From Stegostoma tigrinum (lineage: Eukaryota), in NCBI RefSeq assembly GCF_030684315.1, contig NC_081386.1, positions 6,395,914 to 6,459,913 on the forward strand: a stretch of DNA of 64,000 bases, in the 5' to 3' direction. The position numbers and the translations under genes are program-made. The notes beneath the pieces were generated by a model. The model had not been told where the DNA came from. It did no database searches and saw only the letters and a list, made by a program, of their open reading frames with translations. The first letter of the stretch is position 1. Every line of letters starts with the position of its first letter. This document shows, piece after piece, positions 12,934 through 26,010 of this stretch.

Positions 12934-14601
12934 TGGGATACTTATCAGCTGAGGCATAAAAATTAAGCTCAGTGAGGCTATGCTGAAACTGTGTAAAAAC
13001 CTGGTAAGGTCTCAGCAACAGCATTGCTTGCAGCTCTGGAATCCACTTTTTAGGAGGGATAATTGCACTGGAGAGGGTGCAGAGGAATTTTACCAGGATG
13101 TTACTCAGGCTGGTGAGATTTAGTTATGAAGAGAAACTAGATAGATTCGTGTTGTTTTCGTTTGAGCAGAGAAGACTGATGGGGAACACGATTGGGATGT
13201 ATAAATTATAAGGGGCATCAACAAGGAGGATGGGAAGAAACCTCTCTCTTTGTTGGACAGATCAATGACCAGGGAATACAAATTTAAAAAGTAAGGCATA
13301 AACAGTTTAGAAGATATGCGCGGAAAATCTTCTTCACCCAAAGGGCGGTGGGAATTTAGAACTCACTGCCTTTAAGGGTGGTAGAGGCAGAAACCATTGT
13401 AACATTTCAGAAGTATTTAGATGTACACTTGTAGTGCCAAGGCATATACAGCCTGGGAAAGTGCTGCAAAATGGGATTACAACAGGTTGGTGGTTGGATT
13501 TGATTGGTGCAGACTCAATGGGCTAAAGTTCCTTCTTTGTGCTGTAGATCTCTGTGGCTCCGTAACTGACTTTCAAAATTCTATTCTTCACTATTTTGGC
13601 AATTATTTCTGAAACAGCACAAGGAATTTCTTATAAAATTTCTTCCAAAGGTGTTACAGCGTTTATACGTTACTGTCCTAGAGTGTTCGCTTCCATTTCT
13701 ACAAGATGCTATCGTGGAACAATAGCCATCATCGATAGCTGCATGAGGAATGCAAGCTGCTGGAGAGGAAATCTCTCCAGGTCATGTCAACTGTCTTGAG
13801 CTAATCTGCTGATCTGTGTGTTGTCAAAATAAATCTGTTACAGCTAAAAGTAATTGCTTCTTTTCTGGGACAAATTGTTATCTTAATAATTTTCTTTATA
13901 AAATATATTCAACCCTCCTGAAGGTTCAGAGGGTCAATTACCTTGCTTAAGACCATGACAGCAGCCACAAACATCCAAGGTTTTGATCTATGTTGAACTA
14001 GCGCTGGTGGGGGTGGGCGTGGGGGTCGGGGGAATAGAAGCAGCTAACCTAGTGATGATAAAACACAGTCATTAAACAGGCTTTTTCTCCTTCTGCTCAT
14101 TCAGAACACTATGCTTCAATTGCCATCATTGTGGACACTGAGTGTGGGGATTAAAGTCCCACAGATTAAGTGATTTTCCTGCTTTCAGCTCACTGTTCTC
14201 TTAGCTCACTCCACAATTACTACGGGCATTCCTTTAGCCCATCATATGCAAAGTCCTTGTACTCAGTCTCCTCTTAAATTCTTATATTTTATTTCCTGCA
14301 TGCCTTGGTCAATCCTGACACCTTTGTTCCTTCCATCATAATTGTTTTTGTACTCTTTCCACTCATCACTTTGCTGAAGTGTAATAGGAAAGGTCTGGAT
14401 AAGCACACAGGTAAGATTGTGGGGCTGGGGAGGAGGAGGAGGGGAAGAGAGAGGGAGGGAGGAAGGGAAGAACTGATGCAGCACTATGGGTAGAAGAAAA
14501 GGACAGTGTGAGTAATAGCTGGGTGAGGGAAGACCTAGTTCATTAACCAAAGATGGAGGACATACAGTATCTGGTTTTGTTGATTTAAAATGCTAGTTAG
14601 T

Positions 14602-14904
14602 GGTGGCACGGTGGCTCAGTGATTAGCACTGCTGCCTTGCAGAGCCAGGGACTTGGGATCAATTCCACCCACGGGTGCCTGAATGTGTGGAGTTTGCAAA
14701 CTTTCCCCGTGTCTGCGTGGGTTGCCTCCCACAATCCAAAGATGTGCAGGCGAGGTAGATTGGTCATGCTAAATTGCCTGTAGTATTCAGGGATGTGCAG
14801 ATTAGGTGGGTTACAGGGGGATGGGTCTGGGTGGGTTGCTCTGAGGGTTGGTGTAGACTTATTGGGCCAAAGGGCCTGTTTCCACACTGTAGGGATTCTA
14901 TGAT
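14602..14904 (+). mobile_element. HE1-type V-SINE
   Basis: ggtggcacggtggctcagtgattagcactgctgcc...gtgtggagtttgc...ccaaagatgtgcagg...gggcctgtttccacactgtagggattctatg. Confidence 0.9.
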
Positions 14905-15424
14905 CGATAATCTATGAACTGAGGGGAAGGAAATTTCAGTATTAGCTAGGAAGATGGGCAGGGGATGTGCAAAGTAAGAAATACGTCCTCTTGTATTTAA
15001 TGCCTATAGATCTGATGTCACCAATCCATAGTTAAAAGACCAGGTATAAATGTTCCACTTAGGGTTAATCCATTGAAAAAAATAATAATTAAAAACTTTT
15101 ATCCACCAGTCATTGATTTTCTGTTGATACTGGGGAAAAGGAGGGAAGTGCAGAAAATGGTAATCAATTCCCAAATGACCAAAAAGAGTATTTTTCAATA
15201 AAACTCAACAAACTCCCCTCACAAGATTCAACTTCGATCCTCATTTTCATTCTAGATTCTATGAGGCAAACAAAATATCAACATTTCTAGGTAACAATGC
15301 CTTCAACAACTATTCCCCTGAGATTTTAATTTAATTACTTGCTTTTTTCTTTCAATATACTTTGGCATGTTCACAAACTAAATTCTAGTTTCACACCCTA
15401 CTGCAGTTTGAGTACATGCAATAC

Positions 15425-15830
15425 TTGACTCAGTGGTAGCACTCGTATCATTAAGTCACTGATTCACTGCAGAGATTTGAGTTGGGATGACATTCAGCAG
15501 GAGAACAGAACGAGTGTGCACAGCCTTCCAGATGAAATATTATACTGAGGTCCACTAAGGTGGACAAAAGATTCCACACTATTGGAGGATGGCAAAGAAG
15601 TTCAGTTGGTGTTTGATAAATATTTATTCTTCAACAACATCACTAATTCTGATCACTTGGTTATTACCATATTGCTGTTTTCAATGCAAACTGTGTACAG
15701 CACTAAAGCTGCTGGATTCTTTTAATATTACTACAGTGATTGCACACAAAGAGGTAATTTATTGGCAATAAATCACTTTGAGCTGTACTCAGCTTTATAT
15801 AAACTGTACTGTACAAATGTAAATTCTTAC
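15425..15830 (+). mobile_element. Deu-domain SINE, highly decayed
   Basis: gactcagtggtagcactc, ttccagatgaaatattatactgaggtcc, aatatttattcttcaacaacatcact; parallel to 44735-45160. Confidence 0.6.
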
Positions 15831-16055
15831 TTTTAATTTCTTTCCGACAAATCATAGGTTTATATTCAGGCCCCACTTATGGTTCTTACATTAGCATTGC
15901 CGCTCAGTACCCTTTGAACTGTACCTGAAGATGAATTATTGTAGAGAAGACAAGTAGAGAAAGAGGGAGTAAAGGAAGGGACCAAGTGTGGCTAACTCCC
16001 AGATACCACTGAGTCAAAAACAGGAAGATTCCAAAGCTACATCTGCAGCAATCAG

Positions 16056-17181
16056 AGATAATAGGAATTGCGGATGCTAGAGAATCCGAGATAACAAGGT
16101 GTAGAGCTGGATGAACACAGCAGGCCAAACAGCATCTTAGCAGCTGGAAAGCCAACATTTCAGGCCTCGACCCTTCATCAGAAATGGGGGTTGGGGAAGG
16201 AGCTTCTGAAATACATAGGGAGAAAGGGGAAGGCAGATAGAAGATGGATAGCGGAGAAGATAGGTGGAGAGGAGACAGTCAGGTCATTGAGGCGGGGATG
16301 GAGCCAGTAGAGGTGAGTGTAGGTGGGGAGGTAGGGAGGAGATAGGTCAATCCAGGGAGGATAGACAGGTCAAGGGGACGGGATGAGGTTAGTAGGTAGG
16401 AAATGGGGGTGCAGCTTGAGGTGGGAGGAAGAGATAGGTGAGGGGATGAACAGATTAGGGAGGTGGGGACGAGCTGGGCTGGTTTTGGGATGCAGTGGGG
16501 GAAGGGAGATTTTGAAACTTGTGAAATCCACATTGACACCATTGGGCTGCAGGGTTCCCAAGCGGAATATGAGTTGCTGTTCCTGCAACCTTCAGGTGGC
16601 ATGTTGTGGCACTGCAGGAGGCCCAGGATGGACATGTCGTCTGAGGAATGGAAGGGGGAGCTGAAATGGTTTGTGACTGGGAGGTGCAGTTGTTTAGTGT
16701 GAACCAAGCAGAGGTGTTCTGCAAAGTGGTCCCCAAGCCTCCGCTTGCTTTCCCCGATGTAGAGGAGGCCACAACTCAGGTGCAGCGGATGCAGTATACC
16801 ACATTGGCAGATGTCTGGGTGAACATCTGCTTGATGTGGAGAGTCTTCTTGGGGCCTGGGATGGGGGTGAGGGAGGAGGTGTGGGGGCAGATATAGCACT
16901 TCCTGCGGTTGCATGGAAAAGTGCCCAATGTGGTGGGGCTGGAGGGGAGTGTGGAGTGGACAAGCGAGTCACGGAAGGACTCCATCCCCGCCTCTTTGAC
17001 CTGTCTGTCTCCTCTCCACCTATCTTCTCCTCTATGCATCTGCCTCCCCCTCTTTCCTTATTTACTTCAGAATCCCCTTCCCCTCCCTATTTCTAATGAA
17101 GGGTCTAGGGCCAAAATGTCAGCTTTCCTGCTCCTATGACGCTGTTTGGCCTGCTGTGTTCAGCCAGCTCGACGCCTTGTT
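16056..17181 (-). mobile_element. Truncated Penelope-like retroelement with GIY-YIG remnant and inverted terminal repeat
   Basis: Minus frames give CNRRKCYICPH...NVVYCIRC and CGLLYIGESKRRLGDHFAEH...PVTNHF (PLE CCHH plus GIY-YIG). 16978-17181 is an inverted copy of the 3' end. 15-bp TSD atctgcagcaatcag at 16041-16055 and 17182-17196. Confidence 0.9.
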
Positions 17182-18289
17182 ATCTGCAGCAATCAGGTTG
17201 TTTTTGGATTGAACCAGCATAATGAATATAAATTTGGGTAACTTCAGTGTTCCAGTCCTAGGTCACAACTGAAGATGGCTGCAATGCTTCTGTTCCAATT
17301 CTGTGGCCCTGTGCTCCATTTTGAATGCAGCATCACTGAATTTATCCAAGCAAAAATAGATAGTCTTTACAACAAAACAGATGGTCAAATATTCAGATCC
17401 ATCCACTTGATGAAAACCATACGTTAAAGTTTTACAGCAGATTAGGGCTGCAGCTACCTCTCTGTAGCCCTACAGAGTTCCACTTTTCAGATTTTTAAAA
17501 ACATATATGTAAACCCTTTTATGAACATTACACCATGTTTTAAACTTCCAAGCAGCTTTTACACTTCCAAGACTGCTGAAAAAAGCTTTATGAAAAATGT
17601 TCTCTATTTCATCACAAATATCTGGCAAGCAAGATTGACATGCATATAACACAATCTCATCAGAATTACTCAAATGATATTGCACTGAATTTTAGGGAGC
17701 AATGAGTGTTTGTAAATCTGAAACCGTAAAAAATTGCTATGCTGGCAGTCGTCATTAAGAGGAAAATTGATTCAGTACATACTTCCACAAAATGCACAAA
17801 TAAAATTCCAAAATGCAAAAGTATACTGCAAATCTGAAGTAAAACAGAAAATGGTGGAAATACACAACAATAAATGCAATACTTCATGGGTTAGGAAGCA
17901 TCTCTAAAGAGCAAAGAGATTATAAAAGGCCCGGTATATGTCCCAAATGTATGAAGGCGGTATGCACCACAATAATCAAAGGAAACTGGGCAGGCTTTGG
18001 AGATAAACCTGCAGAGGGTAGAGTGGGGGGTGGGGAGGGAAAGAAAGGTTTACTGGAAAGCTGTGGGGAAAATTAGATTCAGTGGGCTGAAAGCTGCGTG
18101 CTAACAACTCCATGACTCAATGTTTTTCTCTCTCTACGCACCGAGTGTCCTGTTGTAATTTCCATCATTTTATTACATATGCACACACTAACAAATATTA
18201 CTGTCGATATCCAGATGCAACTGTGGCGGTTATTGTTTCGGGTTTTGGTGTGACTGGTTGTGTTGTCTGTTGGCTTGACATCTGTAGAT

Positions 18290-18690
18290 GAAGCTGTGGG
18301 TAACCACCATCCCAAAGAAAAAACACCTCAGAATTGACAGCCAGACTACTCAGACCGCTAGGAATCATGACAGCGCACGAACTGGCAGCCACGCTAAGAC
18401 AGCACTGATCAGAGTTAAAGACCCAATAGATACCACGGACAGGATGAATGCCGTCTGCAGGGTACCATGCGGAGACTGCACAAAACACTACGTGGTACAA
18501 ACAGGCAGACAACTAGCAACCCGCACCCACAAACACAGCTAGCAACTGAAAGGCACAACCAGATGTCCTTGATTTCAATGCACATAGACAAGAAAAGACA
18601 CACCTTCAACTGAGACAACGCTATTATCATGGCACAAGCCAAACAGAGGACATCCAGGGAATTCTTAGAGGCTTGGCATTCATCTACTAA
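18290..18690 (+). mobile_element. Fragment of a second Penelope-like lineage (GIY-YIG region)
   Basis: LIRVKDPIDTTDRMNAVCRVPCGDCTKHYVVQTGRQLATRTHKH, then after a frameshift HTFN*DNAIIMAQAKQRTSREFLEAWH. This is the Penelope/Poseidon-type GIY-YIG pattern. Confidence 0.78.
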
Positions 18691-19674
18691 AGAGTGTTGG
18701 ATTTGATTAAAAAAAAATTTTCTTGGTAAAATATTTGTTTAATTACAATTTAAATGTATTTTTTGTGGGAGCATATTGGTGTGTGTTTGCAATTACATGT
18801 GGATACATTTGGTAAGAATTACAGGTTTTGATTAAAAGGTGAATTTAATGGTAAAATATTTGTCTAAAGGTTACTTACATGTATGGTTCTGGGACCATTC
18901 AATTCCTTTAAAAAAAACATGAAAACGGTTCCAGGAATGAGAAACTTAAGTTATGAAGACAGATTGTAGAAATTAGGACTGATTTCCCTGTAGAAGGCAG
19001 AATGTGGATGTGACAGATATTCAAAATCATGAGTGATCTGGATTGGGTAGACAGAAAGAAACTATTTCCACTTATGAAGGGTTGTGCATGAGAAAACACA
19101 GATTAAATAATTGTTAAAATTGGTAAAAGAAATATGCTACACTCAGATATGACATAAATTACTCAGACAGTACCCCAAAACTGCGCTGACAGTAAGGCTT
19201 GTCTGTCAGACATATGTATTTGAGCTTATTGAGCATTCAAATGAATGCTTGAAAATACAGCCCGAATAGGGGCTGAGAGTGGCAGAAGTTCTCTCTCTGC
19301 TGGTGAGAAATGGTTTGCGCACAAAACATGTTGACACTCAATGCTTTATGTATAGTATTAACCTTTCAGTACCTTAATAACTCTTTTAGCAACCCTGCAT
19401 TGTGTCCTTTCTTATGTTACAAGTGAACCTTGCATTAAAACAGCAGCGCCCTTACCTAAGTACCTTGCATTTGAAATCAGCCAAATTTGAAGGCTAACCA
19501 CCAACACACCCAAATGAAATAAATATCGAACAAGAAATTGATTCCTGTTGCATCTGTTTTACAGGCATAAAATGGATGAAGAGAGGACTAATTTTGGTGT
19601 GTAATGGTGCCTGAAAAACATTCAGTACTAAACTGAGCTGGGGCTAATCCTACTGATAAACTGGGTCATTAAGT

Positions 19675-19835
19675 ACATACAAAGCTGAAACCTACAGGAT
19701 ATTTTTTCGATAAGGGAATCAAGTGTTATGGGGAAAATCAGCAGAGTGCAGTTGAGGATTATCAGATGAGCCATGATCTCGCTGAACGGGAGAGCAGACT
19801 CAATGGGTTGAATGGCCTACTTCTGCTCCAACATC
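19675..19835 (+). mobile_element. CR1 3'-end fragment
   Basis: aagggaatcaagtgttatgggg...gagccatgatctc...ggttgaatggcctacttctgctcc. Confidence 0.7.
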
Positions 19836-20819
19836 TTTTGGCTTTCTGTATCCCAGCCACAGCCTGCTCTGGTCCTGGTATCTTTCCCATCATCCTCATC
19901 TCCTCTCAGTTGCTGCTGCTGGAAAGGCAGTTGGATCATAATCGCCTGTGTGTATTAGGTGGGCTGCCTCTGAATATGTGGTGGGCAGCAACAATTTACC
20001 CTGCATGTGGGTCATAAGCCCAAGGACCTGCTGCTTGAACCAGCAGGCTTTGCCACATTTGCCCTGCTGACTAACTCCAGATTGAGCAAAGAACCACACT
20101 TCTGCTAATTCATATGTGTTTCACATGTGCGGCTTTGTCAATCTTCACCATATCAAGTAGGGGCAAACCACATTTTCACCTGGTCTAAAGTAAGGCAACT
20201 TTTACGGCCTTCTGGGTCCCCTCAAGAAACCTGCTGATCATCCAGCAGATACCTTAACCCGAAACCAGCCTGGCATCGTTGACCGAACCTTGAGATTCAG
20301 AGAAATGTGTGGAACTTTTCTCATTGCTTTATGAAACATTCCAGTGTATCAACAACTGAGCCTATAAAGAACAAATGAATAAATTATCTGTTTTGTGATA
20401 ACTAGATAGTAGAATAGTTCCAGCCCGCACTTTGTTTAATTTCTTTAAATGGTGACCAGTTTGAACAACCGTGCAACTTTAAATAGACATTTTATTTCAC
20501 AAGGTGGTGATTTCTGAATGGGTCGTACATTTCTGAAGCTCTACAGATTGAAGCATCTGTCGGCTGTACAGCTCCTTGGGATGGTTTCTGTCCAGTGTTT
20601 ATTCTGATTGAATATGCAAATCTTGACCTGAGCGAATAGTTCTTCTCCATTTCCTGCAGTAGCCTTATGTATTAACCTAAATTGAAGCTCAAAAGCTTTT
20701 ACGAAATCAGTTTTATGCCGTTAGCCCACTTTATCATGAGAGATCATATTTAGTCTCCCAGTAACCTCTTGTTCTATAATGTTTAGAGACTTTCAGGAAC
20801 AGTGCAACTCATGGCAACA

Positions 20820-22020
20820 TGACCAAGCATGTGGATGAAGGTAGGCAGTTGACGTGGTGTACATGGACTTCAGTAAAGCCTTTGATAAGGTTCCATATGG
20901 TAGGCTATTGGAGAAAATAGGGAGGCACGGGATTGAGGGAGATTTAGCAGTTTGGATTAGAAACTGGCCTTCTGTAAGAAGGCAACGAGTGACAGTTGAT
21001 GGAAAATATTCAGCCTGGAGTCCGGTTACTAGTGGTGTGCCTCAAGGATCTGTTTTGGGACCACTGCTGTCTGTCATTTTTATAAATGACTTGGACGCAG
21101 GCATAGGTGAATGGATTAGTAGGTTTGCAGATGACACTAAAGTCGGTGGAGAGGTGGACAGTGTGGAAGAATGTTACACATTGCAGGGAGACTTGGATAA
21201 ACTGCAGAATTGGGCTGAAAGGTGGCAAATGGAGTTCAATGCGGATAAATGTGAGGTGATTCACTTTGGGAAGAATAATAGGAAGGCAGAACACTGGGTC
21301 AATGGAAAGATTCTTGGTAGTGTGGATGTGCAGAGGGATCTTGGTGTCCATGTACATAGATGCCTGAAAGTTGCCACCCAGGTTGATAGTGCTGTTAAGA
21401 AGCCTTACAGTGAGTTAGGTTTTATTGGTAGAGGAATTGAGTTCCGGAGCCGTGATGTTATGCTGCAACTGTACAAAACGCTAGAGCGGCCTCACTTGGA
21501 ATATTGCGTGCAGTTCTGGTTGCCCCATTACAGGAAGGATGTGGAAGCATTGGAAAAGGTGCAGAGGAGATTTATCAGGATGTTGCCTGGTCTGGAGCAA
21601 AGGCCTTATGAAGAAAGGCTGAGGGGCGTGGGTCTGTTCTCATTGAAGAGAAGATGGCTAAGAGGGGATTTAATAGAGACATACAAGATGATCAGAGGAT
21701 TAGATAGGATAGACAGTGAGAGTCTTTTTCCGAGGATGAAGATGTCAGCTTGTACAAGGGGGCATAGCTACAAATTGAGGGGGGATAGATTTAAGACAGA
21801 TATCAGAGGCAGGTTCTTTACTCAGAGAGTGGTAAGGGTGTGGAACGCCCTGCCTGCCAAAGTAGTTAACTCAGCCACATTAGGGGCATTTAAACAGTCC
21901 TTGGATAAGCAAATGGATGATGATGGTATAGTGCAGGGGGAGGGGCTTAGATTAGTTCACAGGTCGGTGAAACATTGAGGGCCAAAGGGTCTGTTCTGCA
22001 TTGTATTGTTCTATGTTCTA
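20820..22020 (+). mobile_element. Young 5'-truncated CR1 LINE with uninterrupted RT-to-end frame
   Basis: 374-aa ORF 20854-21978 with [59 protein letters not shown]; 3' tail (gttctat)n. Confidence 0.95.
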
Positions 22021-22084
22021 CGGCAATCCCAAAAGATCTAAACAGGTTTCTCTATTCCTTCTATATGGATAAGAGGTTAACTCA

Positions 22085-22245
22085 AGACCCCACCTAGCTG
22101 CTTAAGGGAATGTAAAAGATCATTACAGTGTTATTCAAAGAAAAACAGGGGAAGGTTCCCCAGGGTACTGGTCGATATTTATCCCTCAAGCAGCACTAAG
22201 ACAACAGATCTGTGTCATTTATCGCACTGTTGAAATTTGAGAGCA
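22085..22245 (+). repeat. Deu-domain SINE fragment
   Basis: tgtaaaagatc...aaaaacagggg..gttccccagggtactggtcgatatttatccctcaa. Confidence 0.6.
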
Positions 22246-22868
22246 GCTCAGCTCCAAAAATAAGAGGGTAACACAAATGATACAAAAACGTTGAACAAGA
22301 TACTGTACAACCAAGGAAAAATAACTACCAAATCACAAAAGTAATGAAAAACAAAATCCCTTTGAAAATATGTTGAGACCTTCCTACTTTGCCACAGCTA
22401 CGTAACATCCTGCTTCATTTATTGTAATCAGTACAGAGAACAATTAGAGCAGCATAAGCTATAGATAAGTGATATTACATCTGCAAATGTTGCTTTAATT
22501 GTGAAGGAAATATTGATCCATTCCACAAAGGTGGCAGCAACTGACAAACCAGTCAACTGGTGAGAAATGAGAAACAATTATAAGCAGCCAGAAATTAAAC
22601 ATGAAACAAAAAGATGTTGAAGTCCTTTGACAGCTGAGCAGTAAGAAGACAGGTGACTATAAAATGTGGGGAACATTCAGTAAGTCAAGAAGGAACTATA
22701 AAGTGACTAAATACGCTAATGATTAGCGTGAATATTATTCTTATAAAGAGGTAACACTCAGGATGGTCTTCAACAAATGTTACCCAAACGTTTGAATAAT
22801 TTCATTGCTTCCTATTTCCTTTTTCATCATAAAACTTAAGTTATCCAAGCAAAAAAACTTAAAGAATG

Positions 22869-24021
22869 TGTAAGGCTGGATGAACACAGCAGGACAAGCA
22901 GCATCAGAGGAGCAGGAAGGCTGACGTTTCGGGCCCAGGCTCTTCTTCAAAAATGGGGGAGGGAAAGGTGGATCTGAAATAAATAGGGAGAGGGGGGAGG
23001 CGGATAGAAGATGGATAGAGGAGAAGATAGGTGGAGAGGAGACAGACAGGTCAAAGAGGTGGGGATGGAGCCAGTAAAGGTGAGTGTAGGTGGGGAGGTA
23101 GGAAGGAGATAGGTCTGCCCAGGGAGTACAGACAGGTCATGGGGGTGGGATGAGGTTAGTAGGTAGGAGATAGAGGTGTGACTTGAGGTGGGAGGAGGTG
23201 ATAGGTGGGAGGAAGATGCCGCCTCATTCTCCCATGAGGAGCTTGAACAGCTCATCCAATTCACCAACACCTTCCACTCCAACTTTAAGTTCACCTGGAC
23301 CATCTCTAATATCTCTTTTTCCTTCCTGGACCTCTGTTTCCATCTCTGGCACCCACCTAGAAACTGATATCCATTTCAAGCCTACCGACTCCCATAGCTA
23401 CCTAGGATACCCCTCCTCCCACCCACCTTCCTGCAAAAAAATGCCATCCCCTATTCCCAACTATTTCGCCTCTACCACATCTGCTCCCAGGATGAGGCAT
23501 TCCACTCCTGTACATCTCAGATGTCCTTGTTTTTCAAGGACCGCAACTTCATCCCCTCAGTGGTCAAGAACGCCCTCAACCGTGTTTCCCACATTTCCTG
23601 CAACTCATCCCTCACACCCATTCTCCACAATAACAACCAAAACAGAATCCCCCTCATCCTCACGTACCATCCCACCAATCTCCAGATCCAACGCATCATC
23701 CTCCGACACTTCTGCCATCTGCAATCCGACCCCACCAAAGACATTTTTTCCCGCCCCACCATTAGCTGCTTTCCGGAGGGACCACTCTCTCCATGACTTC
23801 TTTGTCTGCTCCACACTCCCCTCCAATCCCACCACACCTGTCACTTTTCCCTGCAACCGCAGGAAGTGAACACCCCCTCCCCCTCTCCCATTTCTGAAGA
23901 AGGATCTGGGCCTAAAACATCAACCTTCCTACTCCTCTGATGCTGCTTGGCCTGCTGTGTTCATCCAGCTCTACACCTTGTATCATAGATTCTCCAGCAT
24001 CTGTAGTTCCTACTATCTCTG
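22869..24021 (+). mobile_element. Truncated Penelope-like retroelement with RT C-terminal remnant and inverted terminal repeat
   Basis: Plus frames give FTNTFHSNFKFTW..SFLDL, TDIHFKPTDSHSYL..SSHPPSCK, RIPLILTYHP and CNRRK (PLE RT thumb/linker). Inverted end at 22869-23210. 14-bp TSD aaacttaaagaatg at 22855-22868 and 24022-24035. Confidence 0.9.
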
Positions 24022-24829
24022 AAACTTAAAGAATGGGTTGCTTTACTAGATAAAGAATGAATTGATACAGTACAATCTTCATAAGCAAGTCATGCAGAAT
24101 CTTTTATAAAAGGCAACACTGGCACCAATTAACATTAAGCAATTTATATTCTTCGGAATTTTTAAAGGGCCAGATCTTACCTCATTGATTTAGAGTTAAA
24201 ATCAGACCTTTACTTTCCAAGTTGCACCACCTTCTCATTCTTCATTTAGCTAAACATTTGACAGGAAGTTCATTTTTTTCCAATTACAAAACTATTCGAC
24301 ATACGTACTAATTTACTTCCTGTTTCGTCACCATCCTCAACTTACGTCAAACGCTAAATATGATAAATGCACTTCTTGTTCTAGATCTAAATTGTTTGTT
24401 CAAATGTGTCTCAGAATTACAGGATCACAGAATTATTACAGTGGAGGCGGTGATTGTTTGGGTCATCATGCGCGCATGGGTTCTATTATCTAGTACCAAC
24501 CTCCTGCCTTTTCCCTATATCCCTACACATCGTTGCTGTCCAAAAATACATCCACTGCTGTCTTAAATGCCCGAACTAAACTGCCTCAACCACATTTCGA
24601 GGGGGTGCATGCCGCACCCGAGCTACTCACTACATTAGAAAGGTCTGTTCTCACATTACCTTTGCTTGCTGTGTTTGAACATGATTTTAAATCTCTGCCC
24701 TCACACTCTAATTTCTTTTACAAGTATACAGTTTCAACCCATCTATTCTGTTCAGCTGCTCAAGATTTTGAAAATCTCTTCCAAAACTTCTCTTTGTCTC
24801 CTCTCTGGAGTGAACAGCCTCAAGTTCTT

Positions 24830-26010
24830 TGATAAGGTTCCCCATGGCAGGCTGATGGAGAAACTGAAGTCACATGGGGTCCAGGGTATGCTAGCTAGAT
24901 GGATAAAAAACTGGCTAGGCAACAGGACACAGAGAGTACTAGTAGAAGGGAGTTTCTCAAATTGGAGACCTGTAACCAGTGGTGTTCCACAGGGATCTGT
25001 GCTGGGACCACTGTTGTTTATGATATCTGTAAATGATTTGGAGGAAGGTGTACGTGGTCTGATCAGCAAGTTTGCAGATGACACTAAGATTGGTGGAGTA
25101 GCTGATAGTGAAGGGGACTGTCAGAGATTACAGCAGAATATAGATAGACTGGAGAGTTGGGCAGATAAATGGCAGATGGAGTTCAATCCGGGCAAATGCG
25201 AGGTGATGCATTTTGGACGATCAAACTCAAGGGCGAACTATACAGTAAATGGTAAAGTCCTAGGGAAAATTGACGAACAGAGAGATCCGGGTGTTCAGGT
25301 CCATTGTTCCCTGAAGGTGACAACACAGGTCAATAGGGTGGTCAAGAAGGCATATGGCATGCCTTTTCCTTCACTAGACGGGGTATTGAGTACAAGAGTT
25401 TGCAGGACATGTTGCGGTTGTATAGGACTTTGGTTCGGCCACGTTTGGAGTACTGTGTACAGTTCTGGTCGCCACATTACCAAAATGATGTGGATACTTT
25501 GGAGAGGGTGCAGAGAAGGTTCACCAGGATGTTGCCTGGTATGGAGGGTGCTAGCTATGAAGAGAGGTTGAGTAGATTAGGGTTATTTTCATTAGAAAGA
25601 CGGAGATTGAGGGTGACCTGATTGAGGTCTACAAAATCATGAGGGGTATAGAGTATAGACAGGGTGGATAGCAAAAAGCTTTTTCCCCCCAGAGTGGGGG
25701 ACTCAATTACTAGGGGTCATGAGTTCAAAGTGAGAGGAGGAAAGTTTAAGGGAGATATGCGTGGAAATTTCTTTACACAAGAGGGTGGTGGGTGCCTGGA
25801 ACGCGTTGCCAGCGGAGGTGGTAGACGCAGACACATTAGCGTCTTTTAAGATATGTTTGGACAGGTACATGGATGGGCAGGGAGGAAATGGACACAGACC
25901 GTAAGAAAATAGATGACAGGTTAGACAGAGGATCTTGATCGGCGCAGGCTTTGAGGGCCGAAGGGCCTGTTCCTGTGCTGTAATTTTCTTTGTTCTTTTG
26001 TTCTTTGTTC
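24830..26010 (+). mobile_element. 5'-truncated CR1 LINE inserted into an older antisense CR1
   Basis: [25 protein letters not shown] with later frameshifts; 3' tail (ttctttg)n. Flanks 24420-24825 and 26010-26120 read as decayed minus-strand CR1 (PHYREDVNAL..QRQFTRLV). Confidence 0.93.

Larger units (their letters stand above)
9590..13560 (+). mobile_element. Old near-full-length CR1 LINE (ORF1 remnant plus decayed APE-RT ORF2), interrupted by a SINE
   Basis: ORF1-like MVWCLPSARVKNV..HIGT; endonuclease remnants GGSVTILI, VKWVEI, RVYHKSPNS; RT remnants LKADK..GLDEMHPRLL, DWRVANV, NFSKDVDKVPHGRL; CR1-type 3' end. Many stops and frameshifts. Confidence 0.85.

Noticed and set aside
17443-17472. 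Small hairpin tagggctgcag/ctgtagcccta; similar AT-rich palindrome near 46848-46875
   Set aside because: Too short for a pre-miRNA; such hairpins are expected occasionally in 64 kb.
17795-17830. LHFG on the minus strand
   Set aside because: Context ILLHFGILF does not match EEYLHFGEKAD.
24666-25571. 301-aa ORF as a host gene or RT fusion
   Set aside because: Chance read-in from a decayed antisense CR1 into a truncated CR1 RT, ending in a frameshifted tail.
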